Source of the DNA: Octopus sinensis
Taxonomy: Eukaryota
DNA length: 45,379 bases
Direction of reading: 5' to 3'
Assembly (NCBI RefSeq): GCF_006345805.1
Contig: NW_021834812.1
Location: forward strand, 1 to 45,379
Below the pieces are notes generated by a model that worked only from the letters and a program-made list of their open reading frames with translations, made no database searches and was not told the origin of the DNA. The position numbers and the translations under genes were made by a program. Positions 35,319 to 45,379 of the stretch are shown here, piece after piece; position 1 is the first letter of the stretch, and each line of letters begins with the position of its first letter.

Positions 35319-35491
35319 CATGTTAAGAAAAATATCTTAATACCTTAACAATTTTTCAAGCCGATCACATGGAAGGATGGTGTCTATCATCAATTTGGAT
35401 GTTCTTTTCATCCAAAATGGAGATGTATACCATCCTTCCATATGATCGACTTGAAAAGTTGTTAAATTATTAAGATATTTATCTTAACATG
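35319..35491. repeat. Imperfect inverted repeat (63-bp arms) with a self-complementary spacer
   Basis: 35319-35381 vs 35429-35491; inner TTTGGATG/CATCCAAA. Confidence 0.8.
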
Positions 35492-35605
35492 AAATAAATG
35501 GTACTCTTAATACATGTATACATATATATATATATATATATATATATCCATATATATATAACAATGATAAATCTCAGAGCGAGTTATAAACAGTAGCGGT
35601 AACAC

Positions 35606-35817
35606 ATCGTGATGCATATATGTCATTTGAATATGGCTAACCCATAAGGGTGGATGCTACTGTAGTTTGTAGCCCCAGGAAGATACCTCCTCCAGCTGGC
35701 TGGACACAGATAGTGTGTCTATAGCCAGCTGGAGGAGGTATCTTCCTGGGGCTACAAACTACAGTAGCATCCACCCTTATGGGTTAGCCATATTCAAATG
35801 GCATATATGCATCACGA

Positions 35818-35818
<1 letters not shown>
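35606..35818. repeat. Near-perfect hairpin, 96-bp arms with one mismatch
   Basis: 35606-35701 vs 35723-35818; inner GACACA/TGTGTC; right arm runs into (AT)n. Confidence 0.95.
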
Positions 35819-35876
<58 letters not shown>

Positions 35877-35909
35877 ATATATATATATATATATATACAT
35901 ATGTGTGTG

Positions 35910-36030
35910 TGAGGGAACAACAAACAACGTACTAGTATGTCACTCAGTTTCGAGTCTATGCTCTTCTACAGGAACGAGGACAGCAAAGAGATTGATGGAG
36001 GAAAGAAACGAAGAGACAAAAAAACCTGTT
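35910..36030 (-). mobile_element. Degenerate relative of the PLE terminal segment
   Basis: Minus strand CTGTAGAAGAGCATAGACTCGAAAC at about 35947-35971; cleavage side lost. Confidence 0.55.
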
Positions 36031-36066
36031 TCGATTAACTCTTGTCTATATTGAATATAATTCTAT

Positions 36067-36476
36067 GAGTGGCTGTGTGGTAAGTAGCTTGCTAACCAAC
36101 CACATGGTTCCGGGTTCAGTCCCACTGCGTGGCATCTTGGGCAAGTGTCTTCAGCTATAGCCTCGGGCCGACCAAAGCCTTATGAGTGGATTTGGTAGAC
36201 GGAAACTGAAAGAAACCCGTCGTATATATGTATATATATATATATGTGTGTGCGTGTGTGTTTGTGTGTCTGTGTTTATCCCCCTAGCATTGCTTGACAA
36301 CCGATGCTGGTGTGTTTACATCCCCGTCACTTAGCGGTTCGGCAAAAGAGACCGATGGAATAAGTACTGGGCTTACAAAAGAATAAGTCCCAGGGTCGAG
36401 TGTTGCTCGACTAAAGGCGGTGCTCCAGCATGGCCGCAGTCAAAATGACTGAAACAAGTAAAAGAGTAAAAGAGTA
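36067..36476 (+). mobile_element. Full-length CORE-like SINE
   Basis: Same family as 8948. Confidence 0.9.
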
Positions 36477-36719
36477 ATATAGGTTCTGGAATCATAAGGT
36501 ATATTCAGATTAATGAAATTCATTCGATTATTCCATACAGCTAGTTTACAATACAATGTTTGACATGTGACCTGTCTAACTCTCCCCCCTTTCACCCTCA
36601 TCCACCTCAAATTTTAATTATATTTCCATATTTGTGTAGCTTTGCAATCGATAAGTTATTTTTATATGTCTGTATCATTAAACTATAATATATATATAGT
36701 GTCAATATACTATATTCTT

Positions 36720-36928
36720 TTTCTACTCTAAGCACAAGGCCCGGAATTTTGGGGGTGGGGGCAATCGATTAGATTGACCCCAGTACGCAACTGGTACTTA
36801 ATCTATCGATCCCGAAAGGATCAAAGGCAAAGTCGACCTCGACGGAATTTGAGCTTAGAACATAACACAGACGAAATATGGTTAAGCATTTCGCTCGGAG
36901 TGCTAACTTTTCTGTCAGCTCGCCGCAT
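36720..36928 (-). mobile_element. Meta-like SINE monomer
   Basis: Reverse complement of the 9940/11156 family. Confidence 0.85.
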
Positions 36929-37281
36929 TTGTATTGATACTATATTAGTCGGTGGGTAATATATTTTTCAAGACTTTTAGATTATCAATCAAGTGTTCTA
37001 TGCATCACATATGATGCACTATATAAATATATATACATTAGTCCTTGTTTCATACGTTCAGAATAATGTAACCTTTTCATTTCATAAGTCGGAAATGACT
37101 CCAGTGGATGAAAAGAAAAATTGGGAATGTTTATCATATACGAAGCATAAACGCCAGAGAAATATGTCCTGCGTACCTCACGTTATACAAAAGACAGTCA
37201 AAACATTAATTAAACTGCTTGAAAAATTTTAATTGCTTAATTCATATTTGCGTTTTAAACACTGTATGAAAAGGATATTTT

Positions 37282-37662
37282 GTGGCTGTTTGCTAAGTAG
37301 CTTTCTTACCAACCACATGGTTCCGGGTTCAGTCCCACTGCGTAGCATCTTGGGCAAGTGTCTTCTACTATAGCCTCGGGCCGACCAAAGCCTTCTGAGT
37401 GGATTTGGTAGACGGAAACTGAAAGAGGCCCGTTGTATATGTGTGTGTGTGTGCGTGTGTGTGTGTGTGTGTGTTTGTGTGTCTGTGTCTCCTCCCAACA
37501 TCGCTTGACAACCGATACTGGCGTGTTTACGCCCCCGTAACTTAGCAGTTCGGCAAAAGAGACCGATAGAATAAGTACTAGGCTTACAAAGAATAAGTCC
37601 GGGGGCGGTGCTCCAACATGGCCGCAGTCAAATGACTGAAACAAGTAAAAGAGGAAAAGAGT
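37282..37662 (+). mobile_element. CORE-like SINE with an internal deletion
   Basis: Same family as 8948; lacks the GGTCGATTTGCTCGACTAAA segment. Confidence 0.9.
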
Positions 37663-37688
37663 ATGATCATACACAGTTTTACTGTATA

Positions 37689-38202
37689 TCTATATATATA
37701 AAACTGTAGTTGTGTGAGTGTCTGTCTCCTACGATTTAGATTCCTAACTACTCCCACATTTTGCGGTGCAGTTTAACCAAAACCGGGTAGCTTATAGTCG
37801 TGATTAATATCGAGCCCCTCTGGCTATTAGCGCGCGTCTACGATGAGTCTACGATTTTAAAAATAATTTAATATCATTTTTTATTCCATTTTAATGCATA
37901 ATTTTTCGTGTGTCGATGGCGGCGGAGTTGGCGTCCACGCTCACGCCTGCACCTGTGTTGCTTCTCCCCCTTCTTCCCTCCCTCGTGAAGCTGTGGGGAA
38001 GGGAGTGTAAGGAAATCAACGTCGTAATGCGTTGTCAAGGAGACCAGCGTTCTTTTAGAACAACGACTTCATGGCTTGAAGACACCAAAACAGAAATGGC
38101 TAAGAAAGCCCGAATTGGCATCTATAAGGGAAGTAACTCTCTAAAAATGCTTATATAGTTATTTCCCTTACAAACCCGAGCAACGCCGGGCGATACTGCT
38201 AG
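37689..38202 (+). mobile_element. Non-autonomous Helitron (514 bp)
   Basis: A|TCTATATATATAAAA 5' end; 3' GC-rich hairpin CCCG-AGCAACGC-CGGG (38175-38190) followed by CTAG|T; inserted between A and T with no TSD. Confidence 0.8.
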
Positions 38203-38529
38203 TGATTCAATAAAAAAATAATTTGGCGTATAATAAAACTAACTTTACGACCTCATCGTAAAATATGATGTTACTTTCGTAGGGGGTGAGAAAATTAATC
38301 AAACATTTTTTTCGGGGCGGTACGAAGCACAGAAATTGTTGGGAACAGTTAGTACCCTAAATAGAAGGCGGAAAATGGTAATATAGACCTCTAAACAGCT
38401 GGACTGTTGATAGATAGAATGATATTTTTTAAAGGAAACCGCACGTAAATAGACGTGGTAGATACTCCTGATGAAAAGGATCAATCGTGAAGCTGTACGT
38501 CACTCAATACTCACCGTATGTATGTGGGA

Positions 38530-38768
38530 GTGTGAGTAAAGTGTATGAGTGTTTGTGTTCAAGTGTGAGTAAAGTGTATGAGTGTTTGTGTTCAAGTGTG
38601 AGTAAAGTGTATGAGTGTTTGTGTTCAAGTGTGAGTAAAGTGTATGAGTGTTTGTGTTCAAGTGTGAGTAAAGTGTATGAGTGTTTGTGTTCAAGTGTGA
38701 GTAAAGTGTATGAGTGTTTGTGTTCAAGTGTGAGTAAAGTGTATGAGTGTTTGTGTTCAAGTGTGAGT
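38530..38768. repeat. 33-bp perfect minisatellite, about 7.2 copies
   Basis: GTGTGAGTAAAGTGTATGAGTGTTTGTGTTCAA repeated without spacers. Confidence 0.95.
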
Positions 38769-38871
38769 GTGTGTGTGTGTTTAATTGTGTAAGTGTGTGT
38801 GAGAGAAGGTGAGGTTTTGTGAGCGTGTGGTTGTGAGAGAATATGCCTGTGTGAGTGCGTGTGTGTGTGTG

Positions 38872-39406
38872 TGTGAATGTGAGGTTGTATAAGTGAAGGT
38901 GATTGTGTGAATGTGTGTGTATTTGTGATTGTGTGTGTGTGTGTGTGTGAATGTGAGGTTGTATAAGTGAAGGTGATTGTGTGAATGTGTGTGTATTTGT
39001 GATTGTGTGTGTGTGTGTGTGTGTGTGAATGTGAGGTTGTATAAGTGAAGGTGATTGTGGTGATGGTGTGTATTTGTGATTGTGTGTGTGTGTGTGTGTG
39101 AATGTGAGGTTGTATAAGTGAAGGTGATTGTGTGAATTGTGTGGTATTTGTGATTGTGTGTGTGTGTGTGTGTGTGATGTGAGGTTGTATAAGTGAAGGT
39201 GATTGGTGAATGTGTGTGTATTTGTGATTGGGTGTGTGTGTGTGGTGAATGTGAGGTGTATAAGTGAAGGTGATTGTGTGAATGTGTGTGTATTTGTGGG
39301 ATTGTGGTGTGTGTGTGTGTGTGTGAATGTGAGGTTGTATAAGTGAAGGTGATTGTGTGAATGTGTGTGTATTTGTGATTGTGTGTGTGTGTGTGTGTGA
39401 ATGTGA
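38872..39406. repeat. ~68-bp TG-rich minisatellite, about 8 copies
   Basis: GAATGTGAGGTTGTATAAGTGAAGGTGATTG... followed by (TG)n in each unit. Confidence 0.92.
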
Positions 39407-39664
39407 AGTTATGTGCTCGTGTGTATGTGCGAGTGTGAATGTAAGCTTCTGTGTGTGTTTGGGGAGAGCGTGTAAAAGTGTGCTTGTGTTTGTGTTTGCG
39501 TGTGTGTAAGTGTGTGTCTGTGTTCATGTGTATGTATGAGGATTGTGTCTGCGTGTGTATGTGTGTGTGTATGTGTGTGCTTGTGTGTTTGTGTTTGTTT
39601 GTATGTGTGGTTGTGTGTATATTAGTGTGTTTATCGGTGTGTGTGTGTGTGTCTGCGTGTTTGT

Positions 39665-39990
39665 GAGTGTGTATGTATGCATGTATTTACTTATGTATGT
39701 GTGCGTGCGTGTGTGTGTGTGTGTATGTATGTATGCGTGTGTTTACCTATGTGTGTGCGTGTGTGCGTGTATGTATGCATGTATTTACTTATGTATGTGT
39801 GCGTGCGTGTGTGTGTGTGTGTATGTATGTATGCGTGTGTTTACCTATGTGTGTGCGTGTATGCGTGTATGTATGCATGTATTTACTTATGTATGTGTGC
39901 GTGCGTGTGCGTGCGTGTGTGTGTGTATGTATGTATGTATGCGTGTGTTTACCTATGTGTGCGTGTGTGCGTGTGCGTGTGCGTGTGAAT
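39665..39990. repeat. ~100-bp TG/TATG minisatellite, about 3 copies
   Basis: Alternating GCATGTATTTACTTATG and GCGTGTGTTTACCTATG. Confidence 0.85.
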
Positions 39991-40248
39991 GCGTATTGTA
40001 TGGCTGAATGTCGATAGTATTTCGAGATGGCATTTTGATTGAACAACCATCAGCTCGGCAGGGAAGCAAAATATGTCTAAGGCAAGAACGGTGATGTTTT
40101 CGTTGACGGACAAGCAGTGTATGTCATCAGCCTGTGGGTAAACTATCCGTTATATACATCCATATATACACAAATATATACATTCACACACACACACACA
40201 CACACGCAGACACAGACGCACAGACGCACAAACAAACATGCACACATA

Positions 40249-41095
40249 TATTGGGCCATCCCATAAATAATGCGGTTTTTTCAATTGCATGAACTAAAAA
40301 TCGGGATAGACTACCTGCATCAACTTGCTATAAAAGCAGGTAGTAATTTTACCTTGTGCTTATTCTTAGTGCAAGTTTTGAAGAGTGCAGTTCGAATTTA
40401 ACATTTATTTTATTTTTTTCAAATCTATAATGGAAGTGACAAAGTAGCATATTTGGCATAGTTTACTTTGTGAGTTCAATAAAGACAACAACGCAACGGA
40501 AAGTACAAGAAATATTAATGCAGTATTTGGGGATCAGACAATAAGCGTAAGCCAATGTTAATGGTGGTTCCAGAAATTCTGAACCAGAAACTCTTCTCTC
40601 TCCGCCGGTTACGACGACGAGGGTCCCAGCTGATCCGATCAACGGAACAGCTTGCTCGTGAAGTTAACGTGCAAATGGCTGAGCATTCCACAGACACGTG
40701 TACCCTTAACGTAGTTCTCGGGGATAATCAGCGTGACACAGAGAGTGACAAGGCTGACCCTTTGAAATACAAGTACAACTCATTTTTGCCAGCTGAATGG
40801 ACTGGAGCAACGTGAAATAAAGTGTCTTGCTCAAGGACACAACGCGTCGCCGGGAATCGAACTCACAACCTTACGATCATGAGCCGAATGCCCTAACCAC
40901 TAAGCCACGCGCCCTCACGAACCAGAAACTACAGCGTAGAAGATGAACCTCATCCTGGAAGACCTGGAGAGCTTGACAAGGACATCCTGCAAACCCTGGT
41001 GGAGCAATATCCCATTGTAACTTTTAAGGAACCAGCAGAGAAGCAGGGATTTGGTCATTCAACCATTCATTGACACATGCGTGCCATCTTTGTAC
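40249..41095 (+). mobile_element. Mariner transposon 5' part (TIR + decayed transposase N-terminus), split by a SINE
   Basis: TIR-like TATTGGGCCATCCCATAAATAATGCGG; from ATG 40430: MEVTK*HIWHSLLCEFNKDNNATESTRNINAVFG..WFQKF, resuming after the SINE as NYSVEDEPHPGRP.ELD.DILQTLVEQ. Confidence 0.88.
40593..40918 (-). mobile_element. SINE head B + tail X with a 12-bp TSD, inside mariner
   Basis: GAACCAGAAACT at 40581-40592 and 40919-40930. Confidence 0.92.
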
Positions 41096-41122
41096 TGTCT
41101 ATGATGACAAATTTTATGAAAT

Positions 41123-41544
41123 AAAGCAGCTTGCTAACGAACCCCATGGTTCCTGGTTCAGTCCCACTGCGTTGCACCTTGGGCAAGTGTCTTCTACTAT
41201 ATCCTCGGGTTGACCAATGCCTTGTGAGTGGATTTGGTAGACGGAAACTGAAAGATGCCCGTCGTATACATATATATATATATATGTATGTATGTATGTA
41301 TGTATGCATGTATGTATGTGTGTGTATATGTTTGTGTGTCTGTGTTTGTCCTCCCAACATCGCTTGGCAACCGATGCTGGTGTGTTTACGTCCCCGTAAC
41401 TTAGTGGTTCGGCAAAAGAGACCGATAGCATAAGTACTAGGCTTACAAAGAATAAGTCCTGGGGTCGATTTACTCGACTAAAGGCGGTGCTCCAGCATGG
41501 CCACAGTCACAAGACTGAAACAAGTAAAACAGTAAAGAGAGAGT
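41123..41544 (+). mobile_element. CORE-like SINE
   Basis: Same family as 8948; head clipped. Confidence 0.88.
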
Positions 41545-42167
41545 AACCCTGTTCTCCGCCCAAATCTAAAATTTTGGTTTCGAAATTATTTTAATTATAG
41601 TTTCAAAATACGGACAGTCCGGACTTGCAATTTGTTTCGATTCATAATTTCAAAATAATTTTTGAACGAAAAAGGAGATTTCGCTGTTGTTTCTAGCAAA
41701 TCTCACGACCACCTGGTACTGCTCTCGTTTCTTTGTCCCTATGATATGTATTGAATGTTTTCCACTATTTTTCTCGCCGAAAACCCATTTTATGGGAAGA
41801 TGAAGTGATGGTCCATTGATGCGATTTAAGCAACAATAACAAAATTTATTTAAAAGCTAACCCCACTCCAGACCAAGCGAGTTTCAACTTTCGGTTACTT
41901 AAGAATACGTTTCTAACATATTCTAACTTCTAAAGACAAATTCACTGCAGTTTCCCGTAAACAGAAAATTCTCACTTGTGTTAAAAGGCGTAAAAACACT
42001 TTATTTGTTCAGTGCCTCCCTCAGGCGGACGTTAATGGTTGTCATCATGATGTTTTTGATATTAGCCAACAATGCCCAAAGGTGAGGTCATTACAAGTAG
42101 AAGTTTACAGCAAAAAGTGAGAGGTTTTCGAGTAAACGAAAGGTAATCAACAACAAAAGAGGTAACG

Positions 42168-42324
42168 ATAGGTAGGTAGGTAGGTAGGTAGGAAGGTAAG
42201 AAGGTAGGTAGATAGGTAGGTAGGTAGGTAGGTAGGTAGGAAGGTAGGTAGGTAGGTAGGTAGGTAGGTAGACAAGCTCATAGACAGACAGCTAGCTGGC
42301 TAGATAGCTGACTAGATAGCTGAC

Positions 42325-42368
<44 letters not shown>

Positions 42369-42399
42369 GGGAGAGAGAAAGAGAAAGAGAGAGAATAAG

Positions 42400-42442
<43 letters not shown>

Positions 42443-42540
42443 AACAGAGAGAAAATTATAGATAGATGCATACATACATACATACATACATACATACATA
42501 CATACATAGACAGATACATATATGGTAGACAGACAGAGAC
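42168..42540. repeat. (AGGT)n/(AGAT)n/(AG)n/(ACAT)n microsatellites
   Basis: Direct. Confidence 0.95.
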
Positions 42541-42785
42541 AGATGAATCTTTGTTTTGTCCACTGAGATTTCCCCTAAAGTCTGGAAACTTCATTATGGA
42601 GTTTTAACAAAACTATAGAGAACAGAAAGAATAAAGAAAGGTGAAGAAACAGAAAAGAATGGGGGAGAAAAAGGGAAAAAATATAACAAAGTTTTTTAAA
42701 AAATGAACAAAAACTCAAAACAAAATCGACCACACAAAATAATTCACAAAAAGATAATTCGACGAAGTTGATTAACACTATGGTA

Positions 42786-42990
42786 TACGAGGGTATGCTG
42801 GGAATTTGCTACCTTTGGGTAAAAGAAAACAGAGGAAGATAAGTGAATTATATTCAAACTATCCCCCTTTCAGATTCACACACTTATTGTAGCAGTCCTT
42901 CAGTTTCTCCAAGCCCTGTAAAACAGCTCACAATGTTGGGCTTTCAACCAAGCGTTTTGCAATATCCTTAAAACTTTTCAGCACCCCACC
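42786..42990 (-). mobile_element. 3' end of a second mariner family
   Basis: TA-CGAGGG terminal repeat; minus strand reads QGLEKLKDCYNKCVNLKG, matching the mariner C-terminal 'GIxKLxxRWxKCVxxxGxY'. Confidence 0.7.
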
Positions 42991-43392
42991 CCAATGCCTC
43001 CAGAGTGGAAGCAATATTATCGATAATGGCCGAAATTGCGTTTGACCTCGTCTAGCTTATAACTGGTGAAGAGTTGGTGACATTCTGTGTTTTCTGTCCG
43101 CCTCTGTATTTCTGTATTTAGTATACGTTCGTTTCTTTATTTACTACACGTTTTTTAAAATCATATATATATATATATATATATTAATAAATGAAATAAA
43201 ACATATGCATATATATAAACATATTTGTACGTACCTACCTCTACATGTACATATACACGCATATATGAGTACAGGACACCAAAGGGACGTCGAACACAAA
43301 GAGAAACGAAAACATAGACACAAACCAAAGGAACTGGACATTTTTTTAAAAACAACAAAAAATGGAGTACAGGACAATATATATATATATAC

Positions 43393-43580
43393 ATAGGGAG
43401 AGTTTACGAAAAAAACAAAAGACGAAGACAGGCGGTGTACAAAAACAAACAGATGTACTGGTATAACGCTCAGGAATAGAAAAATCTTTTACGTTTCGAG
43501 CGTACGCTCTTCTACAGAAAGGGACACAGAAAAAACAAGGAGAGAAAAAAATCTGTGTAGTGGCTAACGATCAATCATGT
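43393..43580 (-). mobile_element. Solo PLE terminal segment between (AT)n tracts
   Basis: Homologous to 29880-30110 (CATGATTGATCGTTAGCCACTAC... vs CATGTTGATTCGTTAGCTACTGC...). Confidence 0.75.
43486..43521 (-). ncRNA. Minimal hammerhead-like motif (36 nt), A6U plus extra-A core
   Basis: CUUU CUGUAGAA GAGC GUAC GCUC GAAAC GUA AAAG: perfect stems I and II, ACGU stem III. Confidence 0.55.
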
Positions 43581-43919
43581 ACGTATATATATATATATAT
43601 ACATACATAGGTATGTCATATCCTCCGTTTGTTATCTTCTTTTTATATAAAACTGAAAAGAAATTACACGCAGACACACTAACATATATATATTAACTCG
43701 TTTTTCTTATTTCAGTGATTTGACTGCGGCCATGCTGGAGCACCGCCTTTAGTCATTTAGTGCCCAGTTAGTGATATTGTAGCTGTAACTTATAACTGGG
43801 GCGGCTATAGTGTTAATACCTATTATCTTGTTTTTAGCATTGAGCTCTGTTTTCAGTATTGATCTAAGTCGTCTATAGTATTCTTTCTTCATTTTCTCTT
43901 TCATTTGAGTGTTGTATCA

Positions 43920-43976
43920 TTTCTAGTTCATTATCATTATTATTATCATCATCATCATCGTCATTATAATTATTAA

Positions 43977-44019
<43 letters not shown>

Positions 44020-44047
44020 GTTATTATTACTATTGTTACTGTTGTTG

Positions 44048-44119
<72 letters not shown>

Positions 44120-44160
44120 CATTATTATTATTATTGATATTATTATTATTATCTTTTATA
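43920..44160. repeat. (ATT)n/(ATC)n/(GTT)n microsatellite
   Basis: Direct. Confidence 0.95.
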
Positions 44161-44343
44161 CTTTATAGTTAGTTACATGGCCATGTACTAATGCTTTAAC
44201 CATATGGTTTCATATCAAGCGGAGGCAATTTAGCAATCATCAGACACGGCTGAATGGAGAAGTTACGGTGAGCAATGATGACATTTGTTGACATTTCCAG
44301 TCAACAAACCTTTCACCACGGACAGCTTCCCATATATACATAC

Positions 44344-44385
<42 letters not shown>

Positions 44386-44521
44386 CATATATACAAATGT
44401 ATATATATAGATACATATAAATATATATATATAAATACTGTTCTAGATCTATACATAAATATATGTCTGTGTGCATATACAACATATGTATGTAGTATAT
44501 ATGTATATGCGCATATATTTA

Positions 44522-44615
<94 letters not shown>

Positions 44616-44671
44616 GAAAATATTAAAATAACTAAGTCTCTCTAAAAGAGAACAGAGCAGCGTTCCCGAAA

Positions 44672-45191
44672 ATAATAGTTATCGCCATACTAATATGGCA
44701 TTCTTATAAAATAAGAAAAAAGCTGTCCGCTTATTAGCTCCATGAGGCCATCGCCTTAAGTTAGCTATTTGATACACAAACTGTATCCATATAACCTTCG
44801 AACAAGGGAGGTCAGTCGCTCCACACTACTTGACCGGCAGCTACAGACGCGTTTCGGAGTATTGCCCCTTTTAGTTATTTTAATATTTCTATTATTGAAA
44901 ACAAGTGGATGTATTCCACCGAAACTAGGTAAATAAAACCATCGAACAGAGATTGTCGGAAGCGACACCTACTGGCTGGCTACGCTGCATTGAAAAGGGG
45001 CAATACTCCGAAACGCGTCTGTAGCTGCCGGTCAAGTAGTGTGGAGCGACTGACCTCCCTTGTTCGAAGGTTATATGGATACAGTTTGTGTATCAAATAG
45101 CTAACTTAAGGCGATGGCCTCATGGAACTAATAAGCGGACAGCTTTTTTCTTATTTTTATAAGAATGCCATATTAGTATGGCGATAACTAT

Positions 45192-45194
<3 letters not shown>
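44672..45194. mobile_element. Fold-back element: 201/202-bp inverted arms around a 120-bp spacer, next to (AT)n
   Basis: 44672-44872 vs 44993-45194 differ by one substitution and one indel. Confidence 0.93.
44984..45025 (+). ncRNA. Predicted minimal dimer-type hammerhead with a U3-A8 core
   Basis: GCUGCA UUGAAAA GGGG CAAUA CUCC GAAAC GC GUC UGUAGC: 6-bp stem I, 4-bp stem II, ACGCGU palindrome, GUC site. Confidence 0.7.
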
Positions 45195-45222
<28 letters not shown>

Positions 45223-45379
45223 TTATGTATATATATATATAAATATATATATATACATATATATATATATGCATATATATGATATATGATATATGTGTGC
45301 GTGTGTGTGCATATATATAAGTATATGTGTGTGTGTGTTCATCATTATATATATATATGAAATAAAGTCCTTAAAGCTT

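Noticed and set aside
38530-38768. 33-bp repeat as a CRISPR array or an SVSKVYECLCS repeat protein
   Set aside because: Repeats are contiguous with no spacers, the context is eukaryotic, and the unit is TG-microsatellite derived.

Overview
Eukaryotic, extremely repeat-rich intergenic or intronic DNA. The SINE families and microsatellite load point to a coleoid cephalopod, most likely Octopus (inference). No host protein-coding gene can be supported, and nearly all ORFs in the supplied track are translated microsatellites or SINEs. Conventional content: about 25 tRNA-derived SINE copies, a CR1-group LINE 3' fragment, an R4/Dong-like RLE fragment in (TAA)n, two mariner fragments, an 81-bp MITE, a non-autonomous Helitron, and a 5'-truncated Penelope-like element (PLE; RT + GIY-YIG, 27.4-30.1 kb). 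Main discovery: the window is full of type-I hammerhead ribozyme (HHR) folds. A 4.7-kb array of about 7.8 near-identical ~600-bp units (30554-35235), bounded by (AT)n, carries eight minus-strand HHRs. They have a canonical CUGAAGA/GAAA core (one copy has an extra A), a GUC site, a palindromic ACGUACGU stem III and a 68-nt stem II extension, i.e. a retrozyme-like or PLE-terminal-repeat concatemer predicted to self-process into ~600-nt, possibly circular, RNAs. At least four more HHR families lie nearby. They include natural swaps of the core 3-8 pair (C-G, G-C, U-A) and an A6U minimal form linked to the PLE. Most sit in (AT)n and several are fold-back insertions. All ribozyme calls are hand-folded predictions, not tested activity. 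Boundaries of degraded repeats are approximate.
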